NCBI GenBank assembly: GCA_041664205.1
Contig: JBAYLF010000001.1
Span: 3,380 to 67,379 of the forward strand
Length of the DNA: 64,000 nt
Source of the DNA: Minisyncoccota bacterium
GTDB lineage: Bacteria; Patescibacteriota; Minisyncoccia; Phycocordibacterales; JBAYLF01
Direction: 5' to 3'
Below are positions 30,116 through 39,201 of this stretch, piece by piece; within the stretch, counting starts at the first letter, position 1, and every line of letters starts with the position of its first letter. The notes under the pieces were generated by a model that worked only from the letters and a program-made list of their open reading frames with translations, ran no database searches and had not been told where the DNA came from. The translations under genes and the position numbers were made by a program.

Positions 30116-30565
30116 ATGTCGAAATCATTAATTACAAACAAAAAGGCGCATTTAAATTATGAGTTTTTAGAGAAGTTCAATGCAGGGATTGAGCTTTTTG
30201 GATTTGAAGTAAAGGCTTTGCGTGAAAACCAAGGCTCGCTTGAAGGAGCACATGTAGTAATACGAAACAATGAAGCATATCTAGTGAACACCCATATTCC
30301 ACCATATCAACCAGCAAATACTCCAAAAGAATACGATCCGTATCGAACCCGCCGATTGCTTCTTACAAAAAAAGAGATCCGCCATCTTTCAGGAGTTGAA
30401 AAACAGCAGAGGTTGACAATAGTGCCAATTTCAATGTATAATGATGGCAATAAGATCAAGGTTGAAATTGCGATAGTCCGCGGAAAGAAAAAATTCGACA
30501 AAAGAGAAGACATCAAAAAAAGAGAGACTGACAGAGATATAAGAAGATCGTTGAAAAGAGAATAA
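30116..30565 (+). CDS. smpB: SsrA-binding protein SmpB (start at the ATG at 30116)
   Basis: NKKAHLNY, AGIELFGFEVKALR, RTRRLLL, GKKKFDKRE. Confidence 0.97.
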   Translation: MSKSLITNKKAHLNYEFLEKFNAGIELFGFEVKALRENQGSLEGAHVVIRNNEAYLVNTHIPPYQPANTPKEYDPYRTRRLLLTKKEIRHLSGVEKQQRLTIVPISMYNDGNKIKVEIAIVRGKKKFDKREDIKKRETDRDIRRSLKRE

Positions 30566-30617
30566 AAGTTTTTTGGAGGTTCCTCATTTCAAGTTTTGAC
30601 GTATCAAAATTTACAAT

Positions 30618-31004
30618 GGGGATGATCGGTATAGACATATGAATTCCTTTAAAAAGTGCGAAGTAGAGTTTGAGTAACTCTATAAACTGCTCAACCAATT
30701 AAGTGCAAACAACTTAGTTGCGAAAGTCTCACCTTATTTTAAGGCTGCAGACTTTCAATTCGCTTTCGCTTAAATTTAAGCCAAAACGACATCGAATCAA
30801 TCAACGTCCGATAGGTTGAACTCGGTGTAATATTTTCGGGCTAGAATAAGCAAGGTCTCGGTGCTTGTTCGAAATTAAGAGAATTGACCAATAAGAATTT
30901 TGTTTATTTCTTATCTTATTAGTTGAAAACTTTGAAATAAACTACGCTTTGTAGACTCATTTTAAAGACTCATTTGCACGCGAGTTCGATTCTCGCCATC
31001 TCCA
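30618..31004 (+). ncRNA. ssrA: tmRNA; predicted tag ANNLVAKVSPYFKAADFQFAFA* at 30705-30773
   Basis: Acceptor GGGGATG/CATCTCC-A with G3:U70, T-arm GCGAGTTCGATTCTCGC, tag ORF starting GCA and ending AFA-TAA; directly downstream of smpB. Confidence 0.95.
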
Positions 31005-31456
31005 CTCGATTCGCTTCTCGAAGACTTGAAGCTCACTCGTGGTAAACCACAAAACAAAAACTGCTCATCATGCAGTTTTTTGTTGTAGCGAATTGAGTGC
31101 CCTGAGTGACGAGTTTTCGAGGAATCGAAGGGCTGATATAATAACGTGATGTATTTTGTATATATGATAAAGAATGAGTCTGGTGATCTTTATATTGGTA
31201 TTACTGAAAATTTAAATAATAGGCTTAACTATCATAATTCCAACAAAGGAGCCGAATTCACAAAAAGAAAAAGTAAATTTAAAATTGTTTTTTCTGAACA
31301 ATATGAGACTTTAACTCAAGCAAGAAAAAGAGAGATCCAACTCAAAAAATGGAGTAGAATTAAAAAAGAATTTTTAATTGAAAAATTCTCTAAAGGATTA
31401 GTTACTAAAATATAATATTTAATAACTTGTGACCGATTTCCTCTCGCCATCTCCAC
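30991..31456 (+). mobile_element. Mini-island at the tmRNA 3' end carrying a GIY-YIG nuclease
   Basis: 15-bp direct repeat TCTCGCCATCTCCAC at 30991-31005 and 31442-31456. Confidence 0.7.
31149..31415 (+). CDS. GIY-YIG nuclease (UPF0213/YhbQ-like)
   Basis: YFVYMI...LYIGIT..L.NRL..HN..GA.FT...ARKREIQLKKWSR. Confidence 0.92.
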   Translation: MYFVYMIKNESGDLYIGITENLNNRLNYHNSNKGAEFTKRKSKFKIVFSEQYETLTQARKREIQLKKWSRIKKEFLIEKFSKGLVTKI

Positions 31457-31461
31457 ATATA

Positions 31462-31496
31462 TAAAAATCGGCTCATAAAGTGAGCTGATTTTTTAT
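31462..31496 (+). terminator. Intrinsic terminator after the second tmRNA-end repeat
   Basis: AAAAATCGGCTCA-TAAAG-TGAGCTGATTTTTT. Confidence 0.7.
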
Positions 31497-31608
31497 AATG
31501 TTTGCATTTTTTTAAATATGTGCTACAATTTTAAATTGAAGAATAGTTCTTTCAAATCTAAGTTGACTCTGAAAAACAAGAAACAAAAATTAAAAAAGGA
31601 GAAGCATT

Positions 31609-32037
31609 GTGTCAAAACATATAATAATTACTAACGAATTCCCCATTCAACCTTCTGATATTGATGTTGGTATTGGTAAAAAATACAAACATCTTTTTGG
31701 TGCCTTCGACAATTCAGAAACTGAGGTCTCGGCCAACTACGTGGTCAGGCTCTGTCAGAAAAAAGGTGGATGGCTTCCATTCACATTAGAAGAGATTGAA
31801 GAATTTTACCGAGAACTCGGACATCGTGACGGTTTTCGATTCAATCGTCTAATCGAACCAGGACAAAAAGTTCTGAATGCAGCTGCAGTTTTTGGAGGAG
31901 CAACTCCACAAACTAAACCTGTCGGAGGAGGATGGATTGTTTTAGGTGATGATAAAAAGTATTATATTACTGACGATTTCGTTACGCGATGCTTTCAATC
32001 ATCTCCGACACATTCGGTGAAAAAACAGACTTCGTAA
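31609..32037 (+). CDS. Hypothetical protein
   Basis: GTG start with AAGGAG SD; upstream TTGCAT-17-TACAAT promoter; downstream terminator at ~32055-32092. Confidence 0.75.
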   Translation: MSKHIIITNEFPIQPSDIDVGIGKKYKHLFGAFDNSETEVSANYVVRLCQKKGGWLPFTLEEIEEFYRELGHRDGFRFNRLIEPGQKVLNAAAVFGGATPQTKPVGGGWIVLGDDKKYYITDDFVTRCFQSSPTHSVKKQTS

Positions 32038-32182
32038 AAAATCTAAACGGTCAAACCCCTCTCTCGCATATTGCGTGAAGAGGGGTTATTTTATACAAAA
32101 ACTACGCCACAAATTACAAAAAATAGAACTTTGACAGTAAAATTTAAAAAAACTAAAATTACCGTAGAACATTCTATGAAAA

Positions 32183-32809
32183 ATGAATACTTTAATTCGA
32201 TTTTTATTATTCTTTTTAATTATTTTTCCAGACCTCGCATTGTCTAAAACTCATCATTCAAAAACTCACTATTCGGAACCTCAAAAAAAATCTGAGCAAA
32301 TTATAAAAAACAATGATGAATATACTTACGGCAGAGCAACGAATTTTGGATTTGAAGATCCTAAAGATCTGGGAATAGGATCTTTTGTCTTCAATCGAGA
32401 ATTTTCTCCATATAAAGGAGTTAATACAAACAAGTCTGATATAAAAGGAGTTGCGCTTCCACAAATAGTTATTGAAAAAAAACTAGGAATCCCTCATCTT
32501 ACCGAAAACCAAATGGCAGCAGATAGAGAGAAAACTTGGAAGATATGGGAAACTGGACGTATGGCAGGAGTTGAAGTTATTCATATACCTACTGGAAAGA
32601 AATTGGTAGTTCCTATCGTTGATTTTGGTCCTGGATTTATTCCTCAAAAATTAGGTGTAGTAATCGATCTCGCTGAAGGAACAAAGCGTGATTTTGGATT
32701 CACTCAAAGATTTATGAATGAATCAGGATTTAAATATCGCATAATACCAAACTATTTTTTAGAAAAAAAAGACCAACAAGAAAATACCGAAAACCAAGAA
32801 ACTAAATAA
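32183..32809 (+). CDS. Secreted RlpA-like double-psi beta-barrel protein
   Basis: Signal peptide; GRATNFG, GVALP, VPIVDFGP, VIDLA pattern. Confidence 0.55.
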   Translation: MNTLIRFLLFFLIIFPDLALSKTHHSKTHYSEPQKKSEQIIKNNDEYTYGRATNFGFEDPKDLGIGSFVFNREFSPYKGVNTNKSDIKGVALPQIVIEKKLGIPHLTENQMAADREKTWKIWETGRMAGVEVIHIPTGKKLVVPIVDFGPGFIPQKLGVVIDLAEGTKRDFGFTQRFMNESGFKYRIIPNYFLEKKDQQENTENQETK

Positions 32810-32850
32810 AATACCACAACACTAAAATGTTTGTGGTATTTTTGTTTTAA

Positions 32851-33126
32851 CTAGTGAAATAATTCATCCTTCATATAAGGTTCGCAAAGTTTCATTATTT
32901 TTTCGAAATGCTTTTTAAGATCAATAAGTTTCATTGCGCCTTTTTTTAAAAGTTCAGACAACTGTACTCTTCCCCTTTTCAAATCACCTTCTGATTGTCT
33001 TTCAATTTCTCTTTCTAAATGCCCGAAAAATTCAGCCACTTTATCATAGCGCATTCTTCCAACTTTCTGAGCCAACTCTTCTAGAGTCCCATCAAAACCT
33101 TCTACTTTTATAGGATGCTTTTTCAT
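32851..33126 (-). CDS. Hypothetical helical protein
   Basis: 91-aa ATG ORF closely following mltG (GTLEELAQKVGRMRYD...D.KRGR.QL). Confidence 0.75.
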   Translation of the reverse strand: MKKHPIKVEGFDGTLEELAQKVGRMRYDKVAEFFGHLEREIERQSEGDLKRGRVQLSELLKKGAMKLIDLKKHFEKIMKLCEPYMKDELFH

Positions 33127-33143
33127 TCTGATATAGATTAATT

Positions 33144-34214
33144 TTATAAATATTTCTTAATCATTTTCAGATGTTCCTTATAAGTAACTGAGCAGTGTAT
33201 TTTTCTTTTTTTATCGTGTATGTAAAAAATACATTGGGTACTTTTTGGATTAAGAGCCGCATCAATAGCAGCAACACCAGGATTGGAAATTGGAGTAGGA
33301 GGCAAACCTTTATATTTATAAGTGTTATAAGGCGAATCGATTTCCTTATCTTTTGGATCAACTTTTGGCCACCAATTTTGTTCGTTACCTTTTATATATT
33401 GAAGAGTTGCGTCTATATCCAAGGTCATTCCATTAAAAATCCTGTTCCAAATAATACCTGATATCAAACGCATATCGTCCTTACCTGCAGCTTCACGTTG
33501 AATCAGTGACGCCACAATAAGTGCAGTATCCATGTTTATAATTTTATTTTTTGCAGTATCTTCAAATTTTTCAGAAACTTGTTTTTTAAATTTATCTGCC
33601 ATTCTATCCGCAACATGATCTGGAGTCTGATTTACAGAAACCAAATAATTTTCTGGGAAATAATATCCTTCCAAACTATCACCATTAGCCTCAAGTTTTA
33701 TAAAATCATCTTTTTGAGTATCATTCCAAGCAAGTGCTTTTCCAAAAATATCCGCGACTTGCTCCTTGCGTAATCCTTCTGGAATCTTTACCCATCTCAT
33801 GTATGGATTTGCTAGTGCTTGGAGAACTTCCCAATCATTCATATTCTCAGAAAGTTTATAAGCCCCGCTTTGAATCTTACCTTCCAAACTTCGCACAAAA
33901 AGAGCAATGCGAAAAATTAATGGATGTTTTATATAACCTTCAGCTTCAAGCTGGTCAGCAATCTGAGAAGGAGTAGCATCAACGGAAGTTGCAACATCTA
34001 GAGTAGAAACAACATAACTTTTTGGGAGTGTTTTGTAATATATAAAAATTGCAGAAACTACAATTACAGTAAAAATTGAAACTATAGAAACAGTTCTAAA
34101 AAAATGATTGGCAACACGATGAACGCGCAGTTTGTTTTTATTTTTTCTTGAGGTATTTTTTATAAGTTCTTTTTTCCCTTTCATTAAATTCATTGTAAAC
34201 CTTTGTATATACAA
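33144..34214 (-). CDS. mltG: Endolytic transglycosylase MltG (YceG family); start uncertain
   Basis: TM anchor, IPEG, LEGYYFP, ASLIQREA, SPYNTY..GLPPTPISNPG. Confidence 0.92.
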   Translation of the reverse strand: MYIQRFTMNLMKGKKELIKNTSRKNKNKLRVHRVANHFFRTVSIVSIFTVIVVSAIFIYYKTLPKSYVVSTLDVATSVDATPSQIADQLEAEGYIKHPLIFRIALFVRSLEGKIQSGAYKLSENMNDWEVLQALANPYMRWVKIPEGLRKEQVADIFGKALAWNDTQKDDFIKLEANGDSLEGYYFPENYLVSVNQTPDHVADRMADKFKKQVSEKFEDTAKNKIINMDTALIVASLIQREAAGKDDMRLISGIIWNRIFNGMTLDIDATLQYIKGNEQNWWPKVDPKDKEIDSPYNTYKYKGLPPTPISNPGVAAIDAALNPKSTQCIFYIHDKKRKIHCSVTYKEHLKMIKKYL

Positions 34215-34344
34215 CAGTCTATAAGAATTTATAAGTATAAAGTGGATAACTATTTATTAAAAAAATCTTACAATATGTTTGTAAGATTTAAATTAAAAAG
34301 GGCTCGGAAGAATTAAACTTCCGAGCCCTGCATCTTATCGCCGA

Positions 34345-35424
34345 TTACCGGTGATTTTTTGAACCGTGACCTTTGGTGTGGCCACTTGGACGAAATTCAT
34401 CGCCTTCGCGAGAATCTCCTCTGCCGTGAGCTCCCGGAACCCCATGCCAATGCTGTGGCTTAGAGTAACCCCTACCACCACTTTCGAATCCGAGCTTCCC
34501 TACCAAACTTTTAGCACTGGTAAGTTTAGAAATCTCGAATTCTACCTGTTCATGAGGCATCAGGTATAGACGAACTCCTTCTTTATCGGCCGCTTCGCGA
34601 GCGATATCTTCACATTCACCAATATGAATGGCGAATTTGTCACACTCGGCCTTGTTAATGCCCCAACGCCCATTACGTTTGGGTTGGCCTTGCAACGGAC
34701 CAGTTTCAAACAAAACGGGTTTTCCATCCCTGAGTCGTATCACAGATTGCGGTTGGAATTTCTTTCCACAAACTGCACATTCCGTTTCGGGACCGTCGTC
34801 TTGAATATCGAGCTCAGCTTTACGCAGGTCCTTTTTCTCTTGTTGGAGCTTAAAGAACAACGTCCTGGTTTGCTCATAATTGAGCTGCTCGCCTTGAGCA
34901 ACTGCAGCATTCACGAATGCGTCCCGTTCCTGACGGAAGAAAAAGCTTTTGCAGAAATTACTGTAGGCAGTAATCGTCACAGGACGTTCCTCCAACGAAG
35001 AGCCTAATTTCTCAAGTCCTTCTTTTGTCAGAGGTTTGTCAGGATCGACAACCTGCCCTGTCCCAACCGCAAGGTCGGCAGGAATTCCTTCAACCGCTTT
35101 TTTCGCTTCCTCGAAATCCAACTGACCACCTTTTTTAAGGGCGGCTTTCACCAAAGCATCGAAATGCTTCGGAGTTGTCAGACCTGCAGACTTCAGAGTC
35201 TTGAAGACATCCGAACATACAGGACGAATGCGAAGCGCAATATTAAGCGCTTCTTCGTAGTTAAGGGGCCTGCCTAGCTCCCTTGCTTCCCTTATCCACG
35301 CTGAGTGAATTGCGGGGTCTACATACAAGATGTTCTTGATTCTGGCGTATGCCTCATCAAGCACAGGACCTGTTTGCATCGCTTGTTCCGTTTTCGGCGT
35401 TTGTTTTTTCTCTTTTTTAGCCAT
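34345..35424 (-). CDS. Hypothetical protein with three helical repeats and a zinc-ribbon-like motif
   Basis: 359-aa ORF with its own promoter and a terminator at ~34297-34329; CAVCGKKF; visibly GC-richer than its neighbours. Confidence 0.8.
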   Translation of the reverse strand: MAKKEKKQTPKTEQAMQTGPVLDEAYARIKNILYVDPAIHSAWIREARELGRPLNYEEALNIALRIRPVCSDVFKTLKSAGLTTPKHFDALVKAALKKGGQLDFEEAKKAVEGIPADLAVGTGQVVDPDKPLTKEGLEKLGSSLEERPVTITAYSNFCKSFFFRQERDAFVNAAVAQGEQLNYEQTRTLFFKLQQEKKDLRKAELDIQDDGPETECAVCGKKFQPQSVIRLRDGKPVLFETGPLQGQPKRNGRWGINKAECDKFAIHIGECEDIAREAADKEGVRLYLMPHEQVEFEISKLTSAKSLVGKLGFESGGRGYSKPQHWHGVPGAHGRGDSREGDEFRPSGHTKGHGSKNHR

Positions 35425-35678
35425 AAAATAGGCCTTTCTTTTTTCAGTGTTCTACGTTTTGAAACTCAATGGCAAACATTGCCATACATATAAGTCATAT
35501 TAGAGCTTAAGCTCTTCAGAAAGTTTCACTGACAAAACTATATCAAATATAGGCAATTTGTCAAGAAGAAATACTTCTACCTAAAATACTAAAAACTTTA
35601 AAATAAAAGGCTAAAAACGTTTGCAAACACACAACAAAAATGGTAAATTAATTGCATTATTAAGATCATTTTTATAGA

Positions 35679-36191
35679 TTGTATAAAAACCAGACAAGAA
35701 TAAATCAACAAATTAGAGCCTCAGAAGTAAGAGTCATCGGCGCAGAAGGAGAAAATTTAGGACTACTCTCACTTAACGAAGCTTTAAAAAAAGCCCAAGA
35801 AGTCGGGCTTGATCTTATCGAAATTTCACCCGATGCCAGACCACCCGTTGCAAAAATAATGGATTATGGTAAATTTCAATACGAACAAGCTAAAAAGCAA
35901 AAGCAAGCAAAATCTAAGGCTCACGTTGTAGAAACAAAGTCTATACAGGTTAAACCTGGCACTAGCGAGCACGATCTTGAACTTAAGGCTAAACAAGCTT
36001 CTGACTGGCTAAAAGAAGGAAACCGTGTTACCATAAACCTCTTCCTAGCAGGAAGATCGAAATATATGGATATAAGGTTTTTAACGGAACGACTTGAAAG
36101 AATCTTAAAACTTGTAAGCGTTGAACATAAAATAGCTCAACCGCCACAAAAAAGCCCTAAAGGGATGTCCGTAGTAATCGAGAAAAAATAA
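35679..36191 (+). CDS. infC: Translation initiation factor IF-3 (non-ATG start)
   Basis: RINQQIRASEVRVI, LDLIEISP, KIMDYGKFQY. Confidence 0.97.
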   Translation: MYKNQTRINQQIRASEVRVIGAEGENLGLLSLNEALKKAQEVGLDLIEISPDARPPVAKIMDYGKFQYEQAKKQKQAKSKAHVVETKSIQVKPGTSEHDLELKAKQASDWLKEGNRVTINLFLAGRSKYMDIRFLTERLERILKLVSVEHKIAQPPQKSPKGMSVVIEKK

Positions 36192-36199
36192 TTAAAGTT

Positions 36200-36382
36200 A
36201 TGAAAACCAATAAGACATACGCAAAAAGATTAAGAGTCACTAAGAATGGCAAAGTTTTGGGTAGAAAACCAGGACATAACCATTTCAATGCAAAAGAATC
36301 TAGAAATAAACAATTGAGCAAAAACCGAACAATGAATTTTGCAATGAATAATAAAGCAAAAAGCAGATTTTTAGGAATATAA
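36200..36382 (+). CDS. rpmI: 50S ribosomal protein L35
   Basis: MKTNK..AKRLRVTKNGKV; lies between infC and rplT. Confidence 0.93.
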   Translation: MKTNKTYAKRLRVTKNGKVLGRKPGHNHFNAKESRNKQLSKNRTMNFAMNNKAKSRFLGI

Positions 36383-36394
36383 GATTTAAATAAT

Positions 36395-36742
36395 ATGACA
36401 AGAGTAAAAAAAGGAGTAAATGCATTAAAAACAAGAAGAAATGTCCTCAAACAAGTAAAAGGATATCGTTTTGGACGTTCAACAAAAGAAAAGCAAGCAT
36501 ACGAAGCAATCGTTCACGCTGGTAAATATGCATTTGCACACAGAAAAGATAAAAAGGGAGACTTTAGAAATATGTGGAATGTTCAAATAAGTGCAGGACT
36601 CAAAGACCTAAATTTATCATACAGCAAATTTATCGGGTTACTAAAAAAGCAAAAAGTTGATCTCAATAGAAAAATCCTCGCCGACTTTGCAAACAATAAT
36701 CCAGAAATTTTCAAAAACGTAGTCGCTCAAGTTTCTAAATAA
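36395..36742 (+). CDS. rplT: 50S ribosomal protein L20
   Basis: MTRVKKG, KGYR, YSKFI, LNRKILA. Confidence 0.97.
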   Translation: MTRVKKGVNALKTRRNVLKQVKGYRFGRSTKEKQAYEAIVHAGKYAFAHRKDKKGDFRNMWNVQISAGLKDLNLSYSKFIGLLKKQKVDLNRKILADFANNNPEIFKNVVAQVSK

Positions 36743-36792
36743 AAAATACAAAATAAAAACCGCTCACTAGAGCGGTTTTTATTTTATATTTT

Positions 36793-37428
36793 TTAAAGTA
36801 TTTTCTTCGCTGCCAAAAATGGATCCATGCCAGGATTCGGATATGATCTTTTATCTATCAATTTATATTTTTCAACCATCTCTATAACTCTTTTTACTAA
36901 ACGTTTTGGATCGTTATCAAAAATAATTTTATCATTTGTTCTAAAACTATTATCAAGAATATTTTTTATAACTTCATCTGTTGACCAACTTCCCTCAAGA
37001 ATACCGATCGGTTTATAATCTTCATACGCTATTGTAAATTCATTGATAGTTCCAATGCGTCCACCTCCTATAATAACAGCATCGGAAGAACGCGTGAGTA
37101 AAAGATTTCTTCCAGAATAACCGAAACCTGTATAAATTATAAAATCAAGATAATCTAAAGGAAGTTTGTAAACATTAACATGTTCAGCCTCTGTTGACGC
37201 GGGAGAAAGTCCAACAGAAATTCCTCCGACTTCTTTAGCTCCGATTGCCGCCCACAAAGGAAATCCTGTGGTTGCACCTGTTACTAAAACAGCTTTATTT
37301 AAAGCAATCTCTTTTCCGAGTTCCTTCGCTTTATCATATGCATCCTGCTTGAAATGACTAAGGTCAGCTGTGCCTGAGATACAAATTTTTACTTTTAAAT
37401 GATTATGTTTATCTTTATTATCTTGCAT
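36793..37428 (-). CDS. SLOG/LOG-family Rossmann-fold protein (TIGR00725-like); start likely at 37428
   Basis: LVTGATTG, TGFGYSGRN, GGRIGTINE. Confidence 0.85.
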   Translation of the reverse strand: MQDNKDKHNHLKVKICISGTADLSHFKQDAYDKAKELGKEIALNKAVLVTGATTGFPLWAAIGAKEVGGISVGLSPASTEAEHVNVYKLPLDYLDFIIYTGFGYSGRNLLLTRSSDAVIIGGGRIGTINEFTIAYEDYKPIGILEGSWSTDEVIKNILDNSFRTNDKIIFDNDPKRLVKRVIEMVEKYKLIDKRSYPNPGMDPFLAAKKIL

Positions 37429-37492
37429 AATAAAATTATACCACAAGAACTTAAAGGTTGTGCAAATATGAAGTGCTCAAAAATAAACTAGA

Positions 37493-38872
37493 CTAGATAT
37501 CTAATATGACACTCTCGCCTTCTTTAGGCATCACCGCATCAACCCCAAGATAATCTCGTAAACGTTGCACCAAATACATAGATGATTTTGGTTCACCCAT
37601 AACCACAAAAACTTTTTTAATTGTATCGACAGTATTTTCTACAAACTTAAAAAGTCCTGTAAAATCCTTGTGACATGAATAGCCACTAATTTTTTCTATG
37701 TGAGCTTGAACTTCAAAATCCTTACCAGCAATTCTAACTTTTTTTGCACCCTCTTCGATCTGACGGCCTAAACTACCAACTGACTGATAACCTACAAAAA
37801 GAATTGTGCTATTAGGATCACTGAGATAATTCATTTCATGATGGATAATTCTACCACCCGAAGACATTCCTGAACCAGCAATAATAATTTTTGGATTAGG
37901 CACATTTTTTATAGCTTTTGAATCATCGGCACCTGAAGTAAAGTAAAGGCCTGGGAAAGCAAATATATTATCTCCGGAAGCTATTTCTTTTTGAGTTTGT
38001 TCGTTAAAGTCTTGAATTCTTTTTTTGTAAATTTCCGTAATTTTCATTGCAAGAGGTGAATCTATAAAAACAGGTATACGAGGTATGCGCGCCTGCTCAA
38101 CAAGATTATTTATTTCATAAATAATAACTTGGGTTTTTTCAAGAGAAAATGCTGGAATAAGAAGTGCGCCTCCGCGTTTTGCTGCATCTTCAATCACATC
38201 TTCGAGTCTTTCTTTTCTTTCATTAATAGCTTCGTGATTCCTATCACCATAAACACTTTCCATTATTAAATAATCAGCATCATAAATATCTTCAGTATCT
38301 TTAAGTAGTGGCGATGGAGAATTTCCAAGATCTCCTGTAAATACAATTTTTTTACCATTAAAATGCAATTCTATTATAGACGAACCTAAAACGTGTCCTG
38401 AATCTTTCAGAAAAACTTTAAAATCCCCTCCTATATCCATTTCTGTATGATAAGGAATTGTTTCCCAAATTTCAAAAGACTTTTCTACATCCTGTTTTGA
38501 ATACAAAGGTTCTGTATTATCTAATTCAGCTTCCGAACTTAGAAGCTTCAAACTATCAAGAAGCATGGGTTCTGAAATTTCTTTTGTTTCTGGAGTAGAA
38601 TATATAACTCCTTTAAATCCATCTTTAACAAGTTTTGGAATTCTTCCAATATGATCTATATGCGAGTGAGTTATAAGTAAAACATTTACGGTTGATGGAT
38701 CATACAGAAATGGGCTTTTGTTTTCTTCGGAACAAAATTTGTTTCCCTGAATCATACCGCAATCAACAAGAATTTTAAAATTTTCGTATTCTACTAGAAA
38801 GTTTGATCCAGTAACCATTCCTGTTCCACCGCAGAATGTTAATTTAATTTTTTTTGGTTCTTGTGAAGTCAT
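37493..38872 (-). CDS. MBL-fold beta-CASP ribonuclease
   Basis: VTGS, DCG, THSHIDHIG, GHVLGS, FTGDLG, MESVYG, AGSGM. Confidence 0.93.
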   Translation of the reverse strand: MTSQEPKKIKLTFCGGTGMVTGSNFLVEYENFKILVDCGMIQGNKFCSEENKSPFLYDPSTVNVLLITHSHIDHIGRIPKLVKDGFKGVIYSTPETKEISEPMLLDSLKLLSSEAELDNTEPLYSKQDVEKSFEIWETIPYHTEMDIGGDFKVFLKDSGHVLGSSIIELHFNGKKIVFTGDLGNSPSPLLKDTEDIYDADYLIMESVYGDRNHEAINERKERLEDVIEDAAKRGGALLIPAFSLEKTQVIIYEINNLVEQARIPRIPVFIDSPLAMKITEIYKKRIQDFNEQTQKEIASGDNIFAFPGLYFTSGADDSKAIKNVPNPKIIIAGSGMSSGGRIIHHEMNYLSDPNSTILFVGYQSVGSLGRQIEEGAKKVRIAGKDFEVQAHIEKISGYSCHKDFTGLFKFVENTVDTIKKVFVVMGEPKSSMYLVQRLRDYLGVDAVMPKEGESVILDI

Positions 38873-38997
38873 CTTAATATTTTTTTATTAGAAATGGTAT
38901 TAATACTATTATAACTCATAAATAATAAACATAAAAAATTATACCATAATAATACCTGTTACAATTAATCTATCGACGTAAGTTATAAATTAAAATT

Positions 38998-39023
38998 AAA
39001 AAAACCGCCATAATTGCGGTTTC
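38998..39023 (-). terminator. Intrinsic terminator downstream of the candidate 6S RNA
   Basis: Minus strand AAACCGC-AATTATG-GCGGTTTTTTT. Confidence 0.7.
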
Positions 39024-39028
39024 TTTAA

Positions 39029-39201
39029 AGGGCTATTTAAAAAGATATAAACCTAGATTTCAAACTAGGTGGGTGCCCGCAGAAGAAAACCAAAGTTCTC
39101 TCCGATATCTTCAGATCTGCCCGAAGGTAGATCTTAGATTACATGCGTATAAGGCGTCCCTTAACTTTCAAAATACGCTAGTTTATATCCTAAATAACCC
39201 T
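39029..39201 (-). ncRNA. ssrS: Probable 6S RNA
   Basis: ~173 nt; ends pair (AGGGTTATTTAGGATATAAAC / GTTTATATC..TAAATAGCCCT); apical hairpin AGATCTACC-TTCG-GGCAGATCT; GGGCACCCACC motif as in Firmicutes 6S RNAs; TATAAT 6 nt upstream and terminator downstream. Confidence 0.65.

Noticed and set aside
30513-30698. 61-aa minus-strand ORF
   Set aside because: It is antisense to smpB and tmRNA.
31457-35424. Prophage or large integrative island extending past the tmRNA
   Set aside because: No integrase or phage genes, no further att copy seen, and the region contains the housekeeping gene mltG.
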